Shown in pieces: positions 10,286-20,676 of a stretch of DNA of 64,000 nucleotides. This stretch comes from Cyanobacteria bacterium J06626_4 (GTDB taxonomy: Bacteria; Cyanobacteriota; Cyanobacteriia; Phormidesmidales; Phormidesmidaceae). Location of the stretch: the NCBI GenBank assembly GCA_038523235.1, contig JBCBJQ010000023.1, forward strand, positions 1 through 64,000. The letters are read 5' to 3'. Under the pieces are notes generated by a model, which was not told the origin of the DNA, ran no database searches, and was given only the letters and a program-made list of their open reading frames with translations. The translations under genes and the position numbers were made by a program. Each line of letters opens with the position of its first letter. Position 1 is the first letter of the stretch.

Positions 10286-11722
10286 ATGGCTGTTGATTAT
10301 GATCTCGTCATTATCGGGGGCGGCTCGGCTGGGCTCGTGGCCGCCAGTGCGGGGGCTCAACTCAATGCCAAAGTCGCCCTCATCGAAAAAGAACCTCGCT
10401 TAGGCGGCGACTGTTTGCACTATGGCTGTGTGCCAAGCAAATCTTTGCTGCATGTTGGACGCGTTGCCCATACGGTGAGACAGGCTGAGACCTATGGCGT
10501 CATGGCAACCCTCAATGATGTGCGCCTGGGTGAAGCTCTGGGGCATGTGCACCGAGCGATTGACACGATTCAGGTGCATGATTCGACTGAACGATTTGAG
10601 TCGCTCGGGGTTGAGGTGATTTACGGTGAGGGCCAGTTCACCGACTCGCAAACCTTTGAGGTGCAAGGGCGTCAGCTCAGAGCCCGGGCTTATCTGATTG
10701 CTACTGGCGGCCGGCCTGGCTTGCCGCCCATTGATGGCCTTAAAGAAGCAGGATACTTGACCAATTTGGATGTGTTTTCGATTGAGGCTCGCCCGGCATC
10801 GTTGGTTGTGATTGGGGCTGGTCCGATTGGCTGTGAGTTGGGCCAAGCCTTTGCGCGATTAGGTAGTCAAGTGACGCTGCTGGCCAGTCGTGACGGTATT
10901 TTGCCCAAAGAAGATCCCGAAGCAGCTCGCGTGGTGCAAGCGCAAATGGCCACCGAAGGGGTGAAAATTCTGACTGAAACCCGAGCGCAACAGGTTTTGG
11001 TGGAAGGGGATAAAAAAGTCGTGATTACCAATACCGGCGATCGCCTCGTCGTCGATGAAATTTTGCTGGCTGCTGGCCGCGTGCCCAATGTAGAAAATCT
11101 CAATCTACAGGCGGCGGGAGTTGAAGTCGGTAAACAAGGCGTTGTCGTGAATGCCAAGCTGCAAACGACTAACCCTAAAATCTACGCGGCAGGGGATGTA
11201 ATTGGGGGTTATCAATTTACCCACGTCGCTGGTTACGAAGGGGCAGTCGCCATGCAAAATGCGCTGATTTTCCCCACTAAAAAAGCCGATTATCGAGTGA
11301 TTCCTTGGGCCACCTTTACCGAGCCCGAACTGGCTCGTGTGGGTTTGACCGAAGAGCAAGCTCGCAAACGGTATGGCGACGACATCATGGTGCTGCGACA
11401 CAATTTTGACCATGTTGACCGGGCCATTGCAGAAGCCGCAACGGACGGCTTTGCCAAGTTTATTACTCGCAAGAACGGTGAAATCTTAGGGGCACACATC
11501 GTTGGCCCCGCCGCTGGGGAACTCATCCACGAAGTCGTTCTAGCCATGAGCTATAAGCTCAAAATTGGTGCGCTGAAGTCGATTATTCACGTCTATCCCA
11601 CCCTGGCGGAAATCAATAGCAAGACGGCATTGCAGCTGACGAAGGAGACCTACGCCGCCAATCATCGGCTGCAGAGCATCTTGCAAAAGTTCTTCAATTT
11701 GCGGCGCTCGTTGGGGCGCTAG
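10286..11722 (+). CDS. pyridine nucleotide-disulfide oxidoreductase (mercuric reductase/lipoamide dehydrogenase-like)
   Basis: GGGSAG, GGDCLHYGCVPSK, GAGPIGCE, HVYPT; no C-terminal Cys-Cys pair; start moved to ATG 10286. Confidence 0.85.
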   Translation: MAVDYDLVIIGGGSAGLVAASAGAQLNAKVALIEKEPRLGGDCLHYGCVPSKSLLHVGRVAHTVRQAETYGVMATLNDVRLGEALGHVHRAIDTIQVHDSTERFESLGVEVIYGEGQFTDSQTFEVQGRQLRARAYLIATGGRPGLPPIDGLKEAGYLTNLDVFSIEARPASLVVIGAGPIGCELGQAFARLGSQVTLLASRDGILPKEDPEAARVVQAQMATEGVKILTETRAQQVLVEGDKKVVITNTGDRLVVDEILLAAGRVPNVENLNLQAAGVEVGKQGVVVNAKLQTTNPKIYAAGDVIGGYQFTHVAGYEGAVAMQNALIFPTKKADYRVIPWATFTEPELARVGLTEEQARKRYGDDIMVLRHNFDHVDRAIAEAATDGFAKFITRKNGEILGAHIVGPAAGELIHEVVLAMSYKLKIGALKSIIHVYPTLAEINSKTALQLTKETYAANHRLQSILQKFFNLRRSLGR

Positions 11723-12326
11723 TGACGATTGCGGGGCCATTGGTCTCATGCCCACTGAGTAGAAGGGTGAAACTGGCTCAGGCTGCCTGCTCCCAGTTCC
11801 AGCTGTGGCAAAATTCGGCAGGCTGGTCAAAATGTGATTTCATCGCCCGGTCAGAATCTGAATGTTTCGATACCTACGAGAAAATTATGCTGATGCTCCC
11901 GTTCTATAAACGTAGGGTGATGAGCAGTGCTGACGCAGCCGTGACCCTGAGAGAACCCAAGCAGTGGTTCCAACGGTTCCTGCTGATCGACTCAGTCAGG
12001 TGCGATGGGCGTCGCCAGAGATCGCCCATCGCGATCTCTGACAAATTCTCTGAGCCTGCTATTTTGCCTCGCAGAATGTGCTTTATTTGGCAGACAGAGG
12101 AGGGGGGACGGCAAGTTCATACAGATATCACCAGGATTTGATGAGAACTTTACATCAGCTTCAGAGACAACACGGAGATGGCCGACGTTTTGTAAAACCA
12201 TTCCTCTAAAATAGAGGGAAGATTAGAGGTATCTAGATTGGCAAAATGAGCAGTGCTATCGCTTAATCGATCTTGCGGACATTACTTAATGAGCTCTGCG
12301 GGAATTATGAATATTATGTGTGACTC

Positions 12327-12836
12327 GTGAGCTCCATCGGCCTCCAGGTTAATCAATTTGTTACTATGCCTCAAACTTATCGAGACGATGTAGCCTCCTC
12401 TCTTGTGAAGCAGTCCCCCAATTCGAACATCGTTTTGGATCGAATCAACAGTGGCAAATTGTGGATCGTCAACAGTCGGCGTCGTAACGGCATTGTGGTC
12501 TACAAAAAGTTCCATGCCGAATTTGCGGGGCCAGGTGCTGCCGTCGGCGGCGCGTTGGATGCCAACTGCGATCGCATCACAGCGTTGGGTAACTTGTCTT
12601 TAGTAGAGCCTAAATCCTACGAAGAGCAGCAGAAGGCTATTCGCATTCGGTTGCAGTGGGTTAGGCTCACTCAGAATTTCACTGACAAACCCATCCCCGT
12701 CGAACGCGCCCAAATGATTTTGGAGCAGTTTAAAACCTACTTCGACCAGGATATTGTCGATAGTGTGCCTGACGAAGCCTTTTCGATGCTGGTAGGGGTT
12801 TTTCCGCGCACGGTTCGTCAAGCCCGTCAGAAGTAA
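12327..12836 (+). CDS. conserved cyanobacterial hypothetical protein (Crp-like C-terminal helix region)
   Basis: NSRRRNG...HAEFAGPGAAVGG and ...LVGVFPRTV pattern recalled from cyanobacterial proteins. Confidence 0.65.
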   Translation: MSSIGLQVNQFVTMPQTYRDDVASSLVKQSPNSNIVLDRINSGKLWIVNSRRRNGIVVYKKFHAEFAGPGAAVGGALDANCDRITALGNLSLVEPKSYEEQQKAIRIRLQWVRLTQNFTDKPIPVERAQMILEQFKTYFDQDIVDSVPDEAFSMLVGVFPRTVRQARQK

Positions 12837-12939
12837 GGTCCTCGCGTCGCTATAGAATCAGCCTCTTCTGGAAATGAGCGGTTTCTTCTGTTAAGCGAGT
12901 ACGTGCCACTGTTTCAATAACCGGCTAATCTCTGAACGT

Positions 12940-12987
12940 TTCCAGGAGGGGAAAGTAACAGGTTTTGCCTTAACCCGAACTGACGTT
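12940..12987 (-). mobile_element. truncated copy (one end) of 185-bp MITE family Y
   Basis: Reverse complement aacgtcagttcgggttaaggcaaaacctgttactttcccctcc matches the left ends at 36007 and 41887. Confidence 0.7.
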
Positions 12988-13016
12988 AGTTACAGCCAGA
13001 GATTCCGGGCAGAGGA

Positions 13017-14129
13017 TTAGCTCTCAAGAACCGTCTTTAAATGCGCCAGCGTGCGGTTATTTTCGGCGGGGGTGCCAATTGTGATGCGCAAGCCACTGCC
13101 CGTTTGGCGAATGCGGCTGCCCAGCTGATAGAGCCCAGTGAAGACGTCCGTCAAACTTTTGACCGTGGGACGGCAGTAGACAAAATTAGCGTCGCTGGGC
13201 CAAACCTGAAAATTGGGTAATGCCTGTAGCGCCGCGATCAGGCGATCGCGTTCTGCCTGGATTTCTGAAATGGTGGCCAAAATTTCAGGTGCATGGTGCA
13301 GGCTCAGCAAGGCCGCCGTCTGAGAAAAGCCGGGCAGATTGTAGGGCAGCCGCACTTTTTCCAGCACGTCAATAATGGCGGGAGTGGCGATCGCATAGCC
13401 AACCCGATGCGCCGCTAACCGAAAAGCTTTCGAAAAGGTGCGCGTCACGATCCAGTTGGGCCGCTGTAGGGCATCTAATAGGGTCGTCTGCTGGCTAAAT
13501 TCGAAGTAGGCCTCATCCACCACCACCAAGATGTCTGTCGGTAAGCTGCGTAGCCAGGTCAGCTCTGCTGCGGTTAGACCGTTGCCTGTGGGGGAGTTGG
13601 GCGACACCATAAACACCATGCGCACTGGCGTCTTCGCCTGGGCGATCGCGGCTTGAGTCGCTGCCAAATCAAGGGCAAAGGTATTCGCATCACGGGCCAC
13701 GCTCACGACCTCAACGCCCAGCGTTTGGGCCAAGATTTTATACATCGAGAAGGTCGGTTCAGCCACTAAAATTGACCCGGCTCGCCCCACGCAGGTGGCA
13801 ATCAGTAATGAGCGGATCAGCTCGTCTGAACCATTGCCAACGGTAATGTGTTCGGTGGTGACGGTGGGTGAGTCCAAGTGGCCGGAGGTTGTTGCATAGG
13901 CCGCGATCGCCCGCTTTAATGCCCCATGATCGCCATTAGGGTAGCGATTTGCCGCGAGGCTCACCTGGTATTCCTGTGCTAGCTTCGCCTTGAGGGGAGC
14001 CGGTAGATCATAGGAAGATTCATTGGTGTCCAGCTGATCGATGGGGTCAGCATGTTTGGGTGCTATCGTCGCAGCGTGGGAACGATAGGCCGAAAATTCC
14101 TGCAGGTCGGGGCGGATGAAGGCAGACAT
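13017..14129 (-). CDS. hisC: histidinol-phosphate aminotransferase
   Basis: LDTNE, NRYP, GNGSDELI, PNSPTG, VDEAYFEF, RTFSKAFRLAAHRVGY. Confidence 0.92.
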   Translation of the reverse strand: MSAFIRPDLQEFSAYRSHAATIAPKHADPIDQLDTNESSYDLPAPLKAKLAQEYQVSLAANRYPNGDHGALKRAIAAYATTSGHLDSPTVTTEHITVGNGSDELIRSLLIATCVGRAGSILVAEPTFSMYKILAQTLGVEVVSVARDANTFALDLAATQAAIAQAKTPVRMVFMVSPNSPTGNGLTAAELTWLRSLPTDILVVVDEAYFEFSQQTTLLDALQRPNWIVTRTFSKAFRLAAHRVGYAIATPAIIDVLEKVRLPYNLPGFSQTAALLSLHHAPEILATISEIQAERDRLIAALQALPNFQVWPSDANFVYCRPTVKSLTDVFTGLYQLGSRIRQTGSGLRITIGTPAENNRTLAHLKTVLES

Positions 14130-14594
14130 AGGGGGCAAGTCAAACAGCAAGGTCTTTGTATTATGGCCTACGTCAGGTGTGCGATGAGTCCTGGGTACCT
14201 TTCCCTTGGCGAGGGAAAATAGAGGCGCGATCGCGGGCCGTTTTGGCGGTGGTTTTCCCTGCCAATCCCCGATTGGGATCAGGTGTTATGCTGGATGGAC
14301 TATATAGGATTTGACGATGTTCAGGCCGCGATATGCATCGATTTCGCTTGAACCGTCTTGAATCTGCTGGGCTTTTGTGAGCGGGTCAACGGGTCTTGAA
14401 ACCTCAGTTTTTCTAGAAACCCGGCCTGTTTTGTCTTGACAAATGTATGGATTTTATTAGTGAGTTCTCTGCCACTGGATATTAGGTCAAACTCAAGCTT
14501 TATGGGGATACAGCGCTGCTGTTTGAGGTCGATGGCTGACGGCCATCAGCCTCGGCTGCACTAACAGGTTTGCTGTTGGATCAGCGCAACGCTT

Positions 14595-16706
14595 ATGGAC
14601 AACTCGTTTGAGATCACAATTCAGATTGTCCTGACCGTCCTCGCCGGAATCAGCGCCCAGGTCATCGGCGAATATCTTAAGGTACCTAGCATTATTTTCT
14701 TGCTGGTCTTTGGAGTGAGTTTAGGGCCAGACGGCATTGGGCTGGTACGACCCCAAGAGCTGGGAGTGGGTCTAGAGGTACTGGTATCCCTCTGTGTGGC
14801 CCTGATTCTCTTTGAAGGGGGGCTGAGTTTAGAGCTCAAAGAATTAGATCGGGTTTCCAACAGCCTGCGTAATTTGGTCACCACTGGGGTGTTTATTACC
14901 TTGTTGGGTGGCGGCATGGCCGCGCATTGGCTGGGAGAGTTTCCCTGGTCGCTGGCGTTCCTCTATGCTTCGTTGGTGGTGGTAACCGGGCCGACTGTCA
15001 TCAACCCGCTACTGCGGCAAGTCACCGTCGATCGCAAAGTGGCGACCTTGCTAGAAGGTGAAGGGGTGCTCATTGACCCCGTGGGCGCGATTTTAGCCGT
15101 GGTCGTCCTGGACATTATTTTGAATGGCGACGCTGATCCCTGGTTGATTATCAGTGGCTTGACGGTGCGTCTGGGGACGGGGGCCGTGATTGGTGGCTTG
15201 GGCGGCGCGTTGCTCGGTCTGTTTCTCAAAAAGACGCAGTTTTTGACGGAAGAACTGCGCAATCTGGTGGTGCTGGCGACCCTGTGGGGGCTCTATGGTG
15301 TAGCACAAGAAATTCAGGACGAATCGGGACTGATGGCGACGGTCGTGGCGGGGGTCGTTTTGCGGGCGTTGTCAGTGCCCGATGAGCGCTTGCTGCGACG
15401 CTTTAAGGGGCAGCTCACCATTCTCGCCGTCTCGGTGCTGTTTATTTTGCTGGCGGCTGATCTCTCGATTGCCAGTATTTTTGCGCTGGGTCGAGGCGCC
15501 GTGCTCACCGTCACCGTGTTGATGGTGGTGGTGCGGCCCCTCAACATTTTTATCTGCACCGCTCCCAGTGATTTGAACTGGCGACAAAAGGCCTTTTTGA
15601 GCTGGATTGCACCACGTGGGATTGTGTCGGCCTCGGTGGCGTCTTTATTTGCGATTTTGCTGACCGAGCGGGGCATCAGTGGGGGGGATGCGATCAAGGC
15701 GCTAGTCTTTTTGACCATCATTATTACCGTGCTGTCGCAGGGCCTCACGGCCAGTTTGCTGGCCCGATTGCTGGGCCTGACGGGCCAAAAAGAGGGCAGT
15801 GGTGCCGTGATTGTGGGTTGCAGCCCGCTGAGCTTACTGATTGCTCGCTTATTTAAAGAAAACGGCGAACCGGTGGCGCTGATCGACACCAATGCCGATG
15901 CCTGTGTCGGGGCCGAACAGGAAAATTTGTCGGTGTTTGTCAATAGTGCCCTGGATGCTGAGGTGCTGGAAGAAGCCGGGATTGGCGGGGCTAGGACGCT
16001 GCTGGCCATGACCAATAACGGTGATATCAATGCGGTGGTGGCGCAGCAGGCCCAGGAAGAATTTCAACTGCCCCGGATTATCGCCGTTCGGCCCAAAGAA
16101 GATGCGGCGAAGGAAACTTCAGCAAAAAAAGGGAGCTTGGGGCAAAAATCAGTGTCTACCAAGGCGACTTTTCCCACCATTGCCCTCAAGCAATGGAATG
16201 GCTATTTGCGCGAGGGAAGAGTGAGACTGGGTGAAACTCAATTGCGAACGGAGGGGGCACTGATGCAGCGTGCTCATCTGCGGGCGTTGATGCGTAACGG
16301 TGAGTTGATGCCGCTATTGATCAAGCGCGATCGCCACATGTGGGTGGCGTTACAGGAAAGTGACGGCTGGAAAACCGGCGATCGCATCATTTATCTGTTA
16401 CATGATCAAAAGCCGAAGCTATTGCAGCGTTTGTCGGGGGGCAGCCGACCGGCCAAGCTAGAGATTGAAACGGTACCGCTCGTGGAAGCCATACCGCCCC
16501 CAGCCAAGGTGGTTGAGGCCCCGCCCCCGTCGCCGGTAGGCCAGGATTTAGAGCCGCTACCCCAAACGACCGATAACGGTACCTACTCGGGCGACGGTGA
16601 GTCCCCTAACGGACAGGTCTCACCAGCGGCCTCACGCCCCGCTTCATCACCCTCGTCGCCGGATTCAGGGGCCGCGTCCGAGGTTACTGAAGATCTCAAC
16701 AGCTGA
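14595..16706 (+). CDS. CPA1 (NhaP-type) cation:proton antiporter with TrkA-N/RCK domain
   Basis: ILFEGGL, VTGPTVI, EGVLIDP, PRGIVSAS, then AVIVGC...ALIDTN. Confidence 0.9.
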   Translation: MDNSFEITIQIVLTVLAGISAQVIGEYLKVPSIIFLLVFGVSLGPDGIGLVRPQELGVGLEVLVSLCVALILFEGGLSLELKELDRVSNSLRNLVTTGVFITLLGGGMAAHWLGEFPWSLAFLYASLVVVTGPTVINPLLRQVTVDRKVATLLEGEGVLIDPVGAILAVVVLDIILNGDADPWLIISGLTVRLGTGAVIGGLGGALLGLFLKKTQFLTEELRNLVVLATLWGLYGVAQEIQDESGLMATVVAGVVLRALSVPDERLLRRFKGQLTILAVSVLFILLAADLSIASIFALGRGAVLTVTVLMVVVRPLNIFICTAPSDLNWRQKAFLSWIAPRGIVSASVASLFAILLTERGISGGDAIKALVFLTIIITVLSQGLTASLLARLLGLTGQKEGSGAVIVGCSPLSLLIARLFKENGEPVALIDTNADACVGAEQENLSVFVNSALDAEVLEEAGIGGARTLLAMTNNGDINAVVAQQAQEEFQLPRIIAVRPKEDAAKETSAKKGSLGQKSVSTKATFPTIALKQWNGYLREGRVRLGETQLRTEGALMQRAHLRALMRNGELMPLLIKRDRHMWVALQESDGWKTGDRIIYLLHDQKPKLLQRLSGGSRPAKLEIETVPLVEAIPPPAKVVEAPPPSPVGQDLEPLPQTTDNGTYSGDGESPNGQVSPAASRPASSPSSPDSGAASEVTEDLNS

Positions 16707-17487
16707 CAATGCCAGACCACTGAACCTTTTTTTCGTGCGATCGCCGATAGGAAAAAAAGCGATCCGGTTCCTGATAGGTGCAATGGGGGGCGATCACGAT
16801 TTGCTGGGGTTCCAGCCCTAAAGCCAATAGCTGCAGCGCATTGATCTGCCGTACATCTAACCGCAGTCGTCCGGGGGCGTCATCGGGCAATAGCGGAGCT
16901 GGCGCTAAGGTTTGCAGATGGGCTACTAGCTCGTGGTCACTCCGGGTGGGGAGCGACAGCGATCGCCCTACTTCCATTGCCACTTGGGTTGAGACCTGAT
17001 AAACCTGACCCGCGATCGCGGGCCCCATCGCAATCCGCAAATTCTTCAGTTCGCTGCCTTGAGCCTGCATCTTGGCAATCGTTGTGGGGACAATGCGCAG
17101 GGCAGTGCCGCGCCAGCCCGCGTGCACGGCGGCAACTTGACCGGTCGCGACATCGCCGATCAAGACGGGGGTGCAATCAGCCGTACAGACCCACGCGGCC
17201 TCTTGCGACCTGGTGGTCATCACGGCATCGGCTGCCGGTCGGCTGTTGGGAGTCGTCGCCGGCTCCTGAGAAAAATCATCGGGACTCAGCACCCGATTGC
17301 CATGAACCTGCTGAGCACGATAGATTACGGCTTCGGGCGCGAGCTGTTGACTCAAGACCTCAGGTGTTTGGGGCCAAGACGCTCGGGTAAAAAAGCCATG
17401 GGGCCACCGCTTTAGGAGTGTCGCTGTGAGATAGGGATGATTGGCTTGAGTGCGCCATTCCCAGGAGCCACTGGTCGATTCTGGCAT
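16696..17487 (-). CDS. pgeF: peptidoglycan editing factor / purine nucleoside phosphorylase YfiH
   Basis: HGFFTR, QVHGN, TADCTPVLI, HAGWRG, FFSYRR. Confidence 0.9.
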   Translation of the reverse strand: MPESTSGSWEWRTQANHPYLTATLLKRWPHGFFTRASWPQTPEVLSQQLAPEAVIYRAQQVHGNRVLSPDDFSQEPATTPNSRPAADAVMTTRSQEAAWVCTADCTPVLIGDVATGQVAAVHAGWRGTALRIVPTTIAKMQAQGSELKNLRIAMGPAIAGQVYQVSTQVAMEVGRSLSLPTRSDHELVAHLQTLAPAPLLPDDAPGRLRLDVRQINALQLLALGLEPQQIVIAPHCTYQEPDRFFSYRRSHEKKVQWSGIVSC

Positions 17488-17630
17488 GCTAGGCAGTCGG
17501 TAAAGCAGGTCGTACAGACGCAGTTTAATGCAGTGGCGTTCCTCTCGGTACTGCGTAGACTTTCGGGCTCACTACGTGGCAACTGTCTGTTGCCGAGAGG
17601 ACGTCATACCGACGAGAGTGGATATACATC

Positions 17631-18482
17631 GTGGATTACTGGCGCATTATTGAAGCCCTGAATCGACCCGCTAAAGAGCTGGGGGTTTTGCCGGCACTGG
17701 CGTCTTTGCGACCGCAGTTTGATATCTGTCTTTATGATTCTTTGCCCTCGACGAATCGAGAAGCCTGGCAACTGGTGGAGCAGGGCCGAGGGGCAGGAAC
17801 CGTTGTCATCGCTCGTCAGCAAAGTGCCGGTCGGGGGCAGTGGGGGCGCACCTGGGTATCAGCGCCTGGCGGGCTCTATCTTTCGTTGGTGTTGGAGCCA
17901 GAACTCGCGATCGCCAGTGCCAATTTGTTAACGATTGCCAGTGCCTGGGGCGTGGCGACCAGCTTAGAAAACTTGGGTATTCCGCTGCAAATCAAGTGGC
18001 CGAACGATCTCGTCAGTCAGGGCCAAAAAGTCGGCGGTATTTTGGCAGAAAGCCGCGTCGGTCAGAATCTGACTGCTTTGACAGCAGTTACGCGATCGCA
18101 GACACCCACCCTTCAGCATGCCGTCATTGGCCTGGGTGTGAATTGGCGTAATCCTTTACCCCCCAACGCCACCTCGATCCGTCGGCTTTTGCCGGATTCA
18201 CCTCGGGTCGGGGTGAAAAGCTTGGAAGACTTGGCGGCAGTAGCGCTGAGGGGATTGCTCCAGGGCTACTATTATTGGCAACATCATGGGCCTCTGGCGC
18301 TGATTCGGGCCTACGAGCATAAACTGGCTCATGTAGGCCAACAAGTTACCCTAGACGGGCACATTGCTGTGGTTGAAGGCGTCTCTTCTAACGGCAGTCT
18401 CATCGTCGTTGTTGATCAAGACGGCGCCCAAACCACCCGATTTTTAAAGCCAGGTGAGATCAGCCTGGGCTACAATGGCTGA
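17631..18482 (+). CDS. birA: biotin--[acetyl-CoA carboxylase] ligase
   Basis: STN, QSAGRGQWGRTW, KWPND, KVGGIL, IGLGVN. Confidence 0.9.
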   Translation: MDYWRIIEALNRPAKELGVLPALASLRPQFDICLYDSLPSTNREAWQLVEQGRGAGTVVIARQQSAGRGQWGRTWVSAPGGLYLSLVLEPELAIASANLLTIASAWGVATSLENLGIPLQIKWPNDLVSQGQKVGGILAESRVGQNLTALTAVTRSQTPTLQHAVIGLGVNWRNPLPPNATSIRRLLPDSPRVGVKSLEDLAAVALRGLLQGYYYWQHHGPLALIRAYEHKLAHVGQQVTLDGHIAVVEGVSSNGSLIVVVDQDGAQTTRFLKPGEISLGYNG

Positions 18483-18490
18483 GGTTTACG

Positions 18491-19735
18491 ATGGTCTTTG
18501 ACGGAGTAATCAGTATGCAGCCGGAGCAGCTCTCCAGCGAAATCAAGACTTCCCCAAGCCTGGTGCTCTCTAAGCAGGTGCGCCTGTTGAGCAGCTTAGG
18601 GGCCGTCAGCTTGGCCCTTACCCTGGGGATGTTACCCGCTCAAGCCGAAGTCGAGGCTGAGGTGGAAGCTCCGACTGCGGTTGAGGTCGTTCCTTCCATG
18701 GCTCCCGTCGAAACATCTGCGGAATCTTTGTTGGAGCCTCAGGTGCCTGTGAGCCCAGCTCCAGAGCCGGAAATTGTGTTTGAACAGGCCCCTGCTCAAT
18801 CGTCGCCTGCTTCAGAGCCAGCAAAATCGGCAGCAAGTTCTGAAGAGCTACCCCCTGCCGAAACTTTTAACAACGTTTTTATTGATCCGACTGACTATAG
18901 TTTGGGCGCCACCCCCTCGCCAGATACGCCCTCGCTGATTTTTTCGGATCGCTCCACTGGTTGTCAATTTCGACTACAGCAAGGGCAAACTGCCCCGACT
19001 AGCGCCTGTGGCAGTGCTGCTCAAGCGGCAGCAGCTAGTGGCTCTAACTACGATGCTGGGGCTGATGGCAGTGGTTTCAATTTGGGGCCGATCGGCATTG
19101 GCAGTAATGGTGTTACCGTCGGCAACACTACGGTGATCAGTCGTGAGTATTTCAATGAAAGGTTGAGCACGCTGAATTTGCTGCGCCGAGGGGCCGAAGA
19201 GTTCGTATTTCCCATCGCGATGCCGTCACCGATTACCTCTTTATTTGGCTGGCGCATCCATCCCATCTCGGGCGATCGCCGCTTTCATACGGGCACTGAC
19301 CTGGGTGCGCCTGAAGGCACTCCTGTGGTGGCGACCAAAGATGGTGAGGTGCAGGTGGCCGATTATCTGGGCGGTTACGGTTTGACGGTGATTTTGCACC
19401 ATGAGAATGGTTCCTTAGAGACTCGCTACGCCCACCTATCGCGGCTACTGGTGCGTCCCGGCGAAACGGTGAAGCAGGGTGACGTGGTGGGACTCATCGG
19501 CAGCACCGGTAACTCCACCGGTCCGCACCTCCACTTTGAGCTGAGAGAGTTGACGGCTCAAGGATGGGTTTTGATTAACCCGGATGAGCTGATGAACTAC
19601 ACCATGGCTAACTTGGTCGATGTGCTCAATCATCCTTTGCATGCTTTAGGGCTGGCCGATGGTGAAAAGGATGGCTCTAAGCTTGAGGGGGCAAAGAACC
19701 TGCCCTATCGTCCGGCTCAACCCAACGCCAACTAG
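18491..19735 (+). CDS. M23 family metallopeptidase
   Basis: HTGTD, YAHL, STGPHLHFE; signal-like N-terminus. Confidence 0.9.
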   Translation: MVFDGVISMQPEQLSSEIKTSPSLVLSKQVRLLSSLGAVSLALTLGMLPAQAEVEAEVEAPTAVEVVPSMAPVETSAESLLEPQVPVSPAPEPEIVFEQAPAQSSPASEPAKSAASSEELPPAETFNNVFIDPTDYSLGATPSPDTPSLIFSDRSTGCQFRLQQGQTAPTSACGSAAQAAAASGSNYDAGADGSGFNLGPIGIGSNGVTVGNTTVISREYFNERLSTLNLLRRGAEEFVFPIAMPSPITSLFGWRIHPISGDRRFHTGTDLGAPEGTPVVATKDGEVQVADYLGGYGLTVILHHENGSLETRYAHLSRLLVRPGETVKQGDVVGLIGSTGNSTGPHLHFELRELTAQGWVLINPDELMNYTMANLVDVLNHPLHALGLADGEKDGSKLEGAKNLPYRPAQPNAN

Positions 19736-19756
19736 TCTCAAATCATTGCATCTTTG

Positions 19757-19795
19757 AAACTTGCTGATCCTAACTCTAGGATCAGCAAGTTTTTT
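19757..19795 (+). terminator. rho-independent terminator
   Basis: AAACTTGCTGATCCTA-actc-TAGGATCAGCAAGTTT followed by a T-run. Confidence 0.8.
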
Positions 19796-20676
19796 GTGGC
19801 GGGCTCTCTAGGACGCTGCGATCGCGATCACCCGTCTGGTTAACGAGATGGCAAACCAACCAGCCTCTACAGCAGAGCTTGTAGTTATCCGTTGGCGCTC
19901 AGCCCAGCAGCATCTCAGATCAATCCATGACTGTGCGAGATTGGGAAATTCAAGCATCAACGGTGTCTCGCAAAGAGCTTTGACCATAGCGGTGTGAGTC
20001 TTGCAAACCCGGCATGAACCGAGACCACTCAATGCCTCATTCAAAGCGGTATTGAGCGGTCTCGGGGTGCGCATGGTTCGATCTGCCTCGACGAGTTCCG
20101 GCCATAGACATCTCTCCGAGCTGCCTAATCGGGCAGTTTTCATCGGGACACAGCTGATTTTTGAAATTACGCCAAATTAGGTTTAAGGCTTGATGATATT
20201 GCGTAGCAAATTTTTCCTTGGAATTGGGTCGCAAAAGTGAAGTATAGATGACAAGAATCGGCTAAAAATCTTAGAAATAGAATAAAAAACCACCTGAAAA
20301 ACTGTCATAGAGAGGTGGATTTGTTTGTTTCAAGAGGGTAATGAACTGCCAGAAAAGAAAATATTTTAGATTCTTGTCATAGCTTTCCGGAAGCGTTTAT
20401 TTGAAGGGCGTATTATTTTTGTTTGAGTTGATCCTCGCTTTGGCGTTGTTTTGGATGATTTTGAGGCTTTTTAAGGTTTATTCTGAGTCTGATTTGTATT
20501 TGACTGCAATCCTTAAGACTCTGTTTTGGTGGCGATCTTAGGTCGAAAAGTTAATTTTTCTCTGCGAGGAGATGGTGGAAATTACTTAGAAAAATCTGGA
20601 ATCAAAAAAGTGAGGTTGTTGAATTAACTATGGGTGTGAAACTTGGAAAAATTTTACGCAAAGGTAATAGCCCCCT

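Noticed and set aside
10286..11722. merA mercury resistance
   Set aside because: No C-terminal Cys-Cys pair, no NmerA domain and no mer operon genes nearby.
19808..20143. 111-aa minus-strand ORF
   Set aside because: No recognisable motif; it overlaps hairpin and repeat sequence and is probably spurious.
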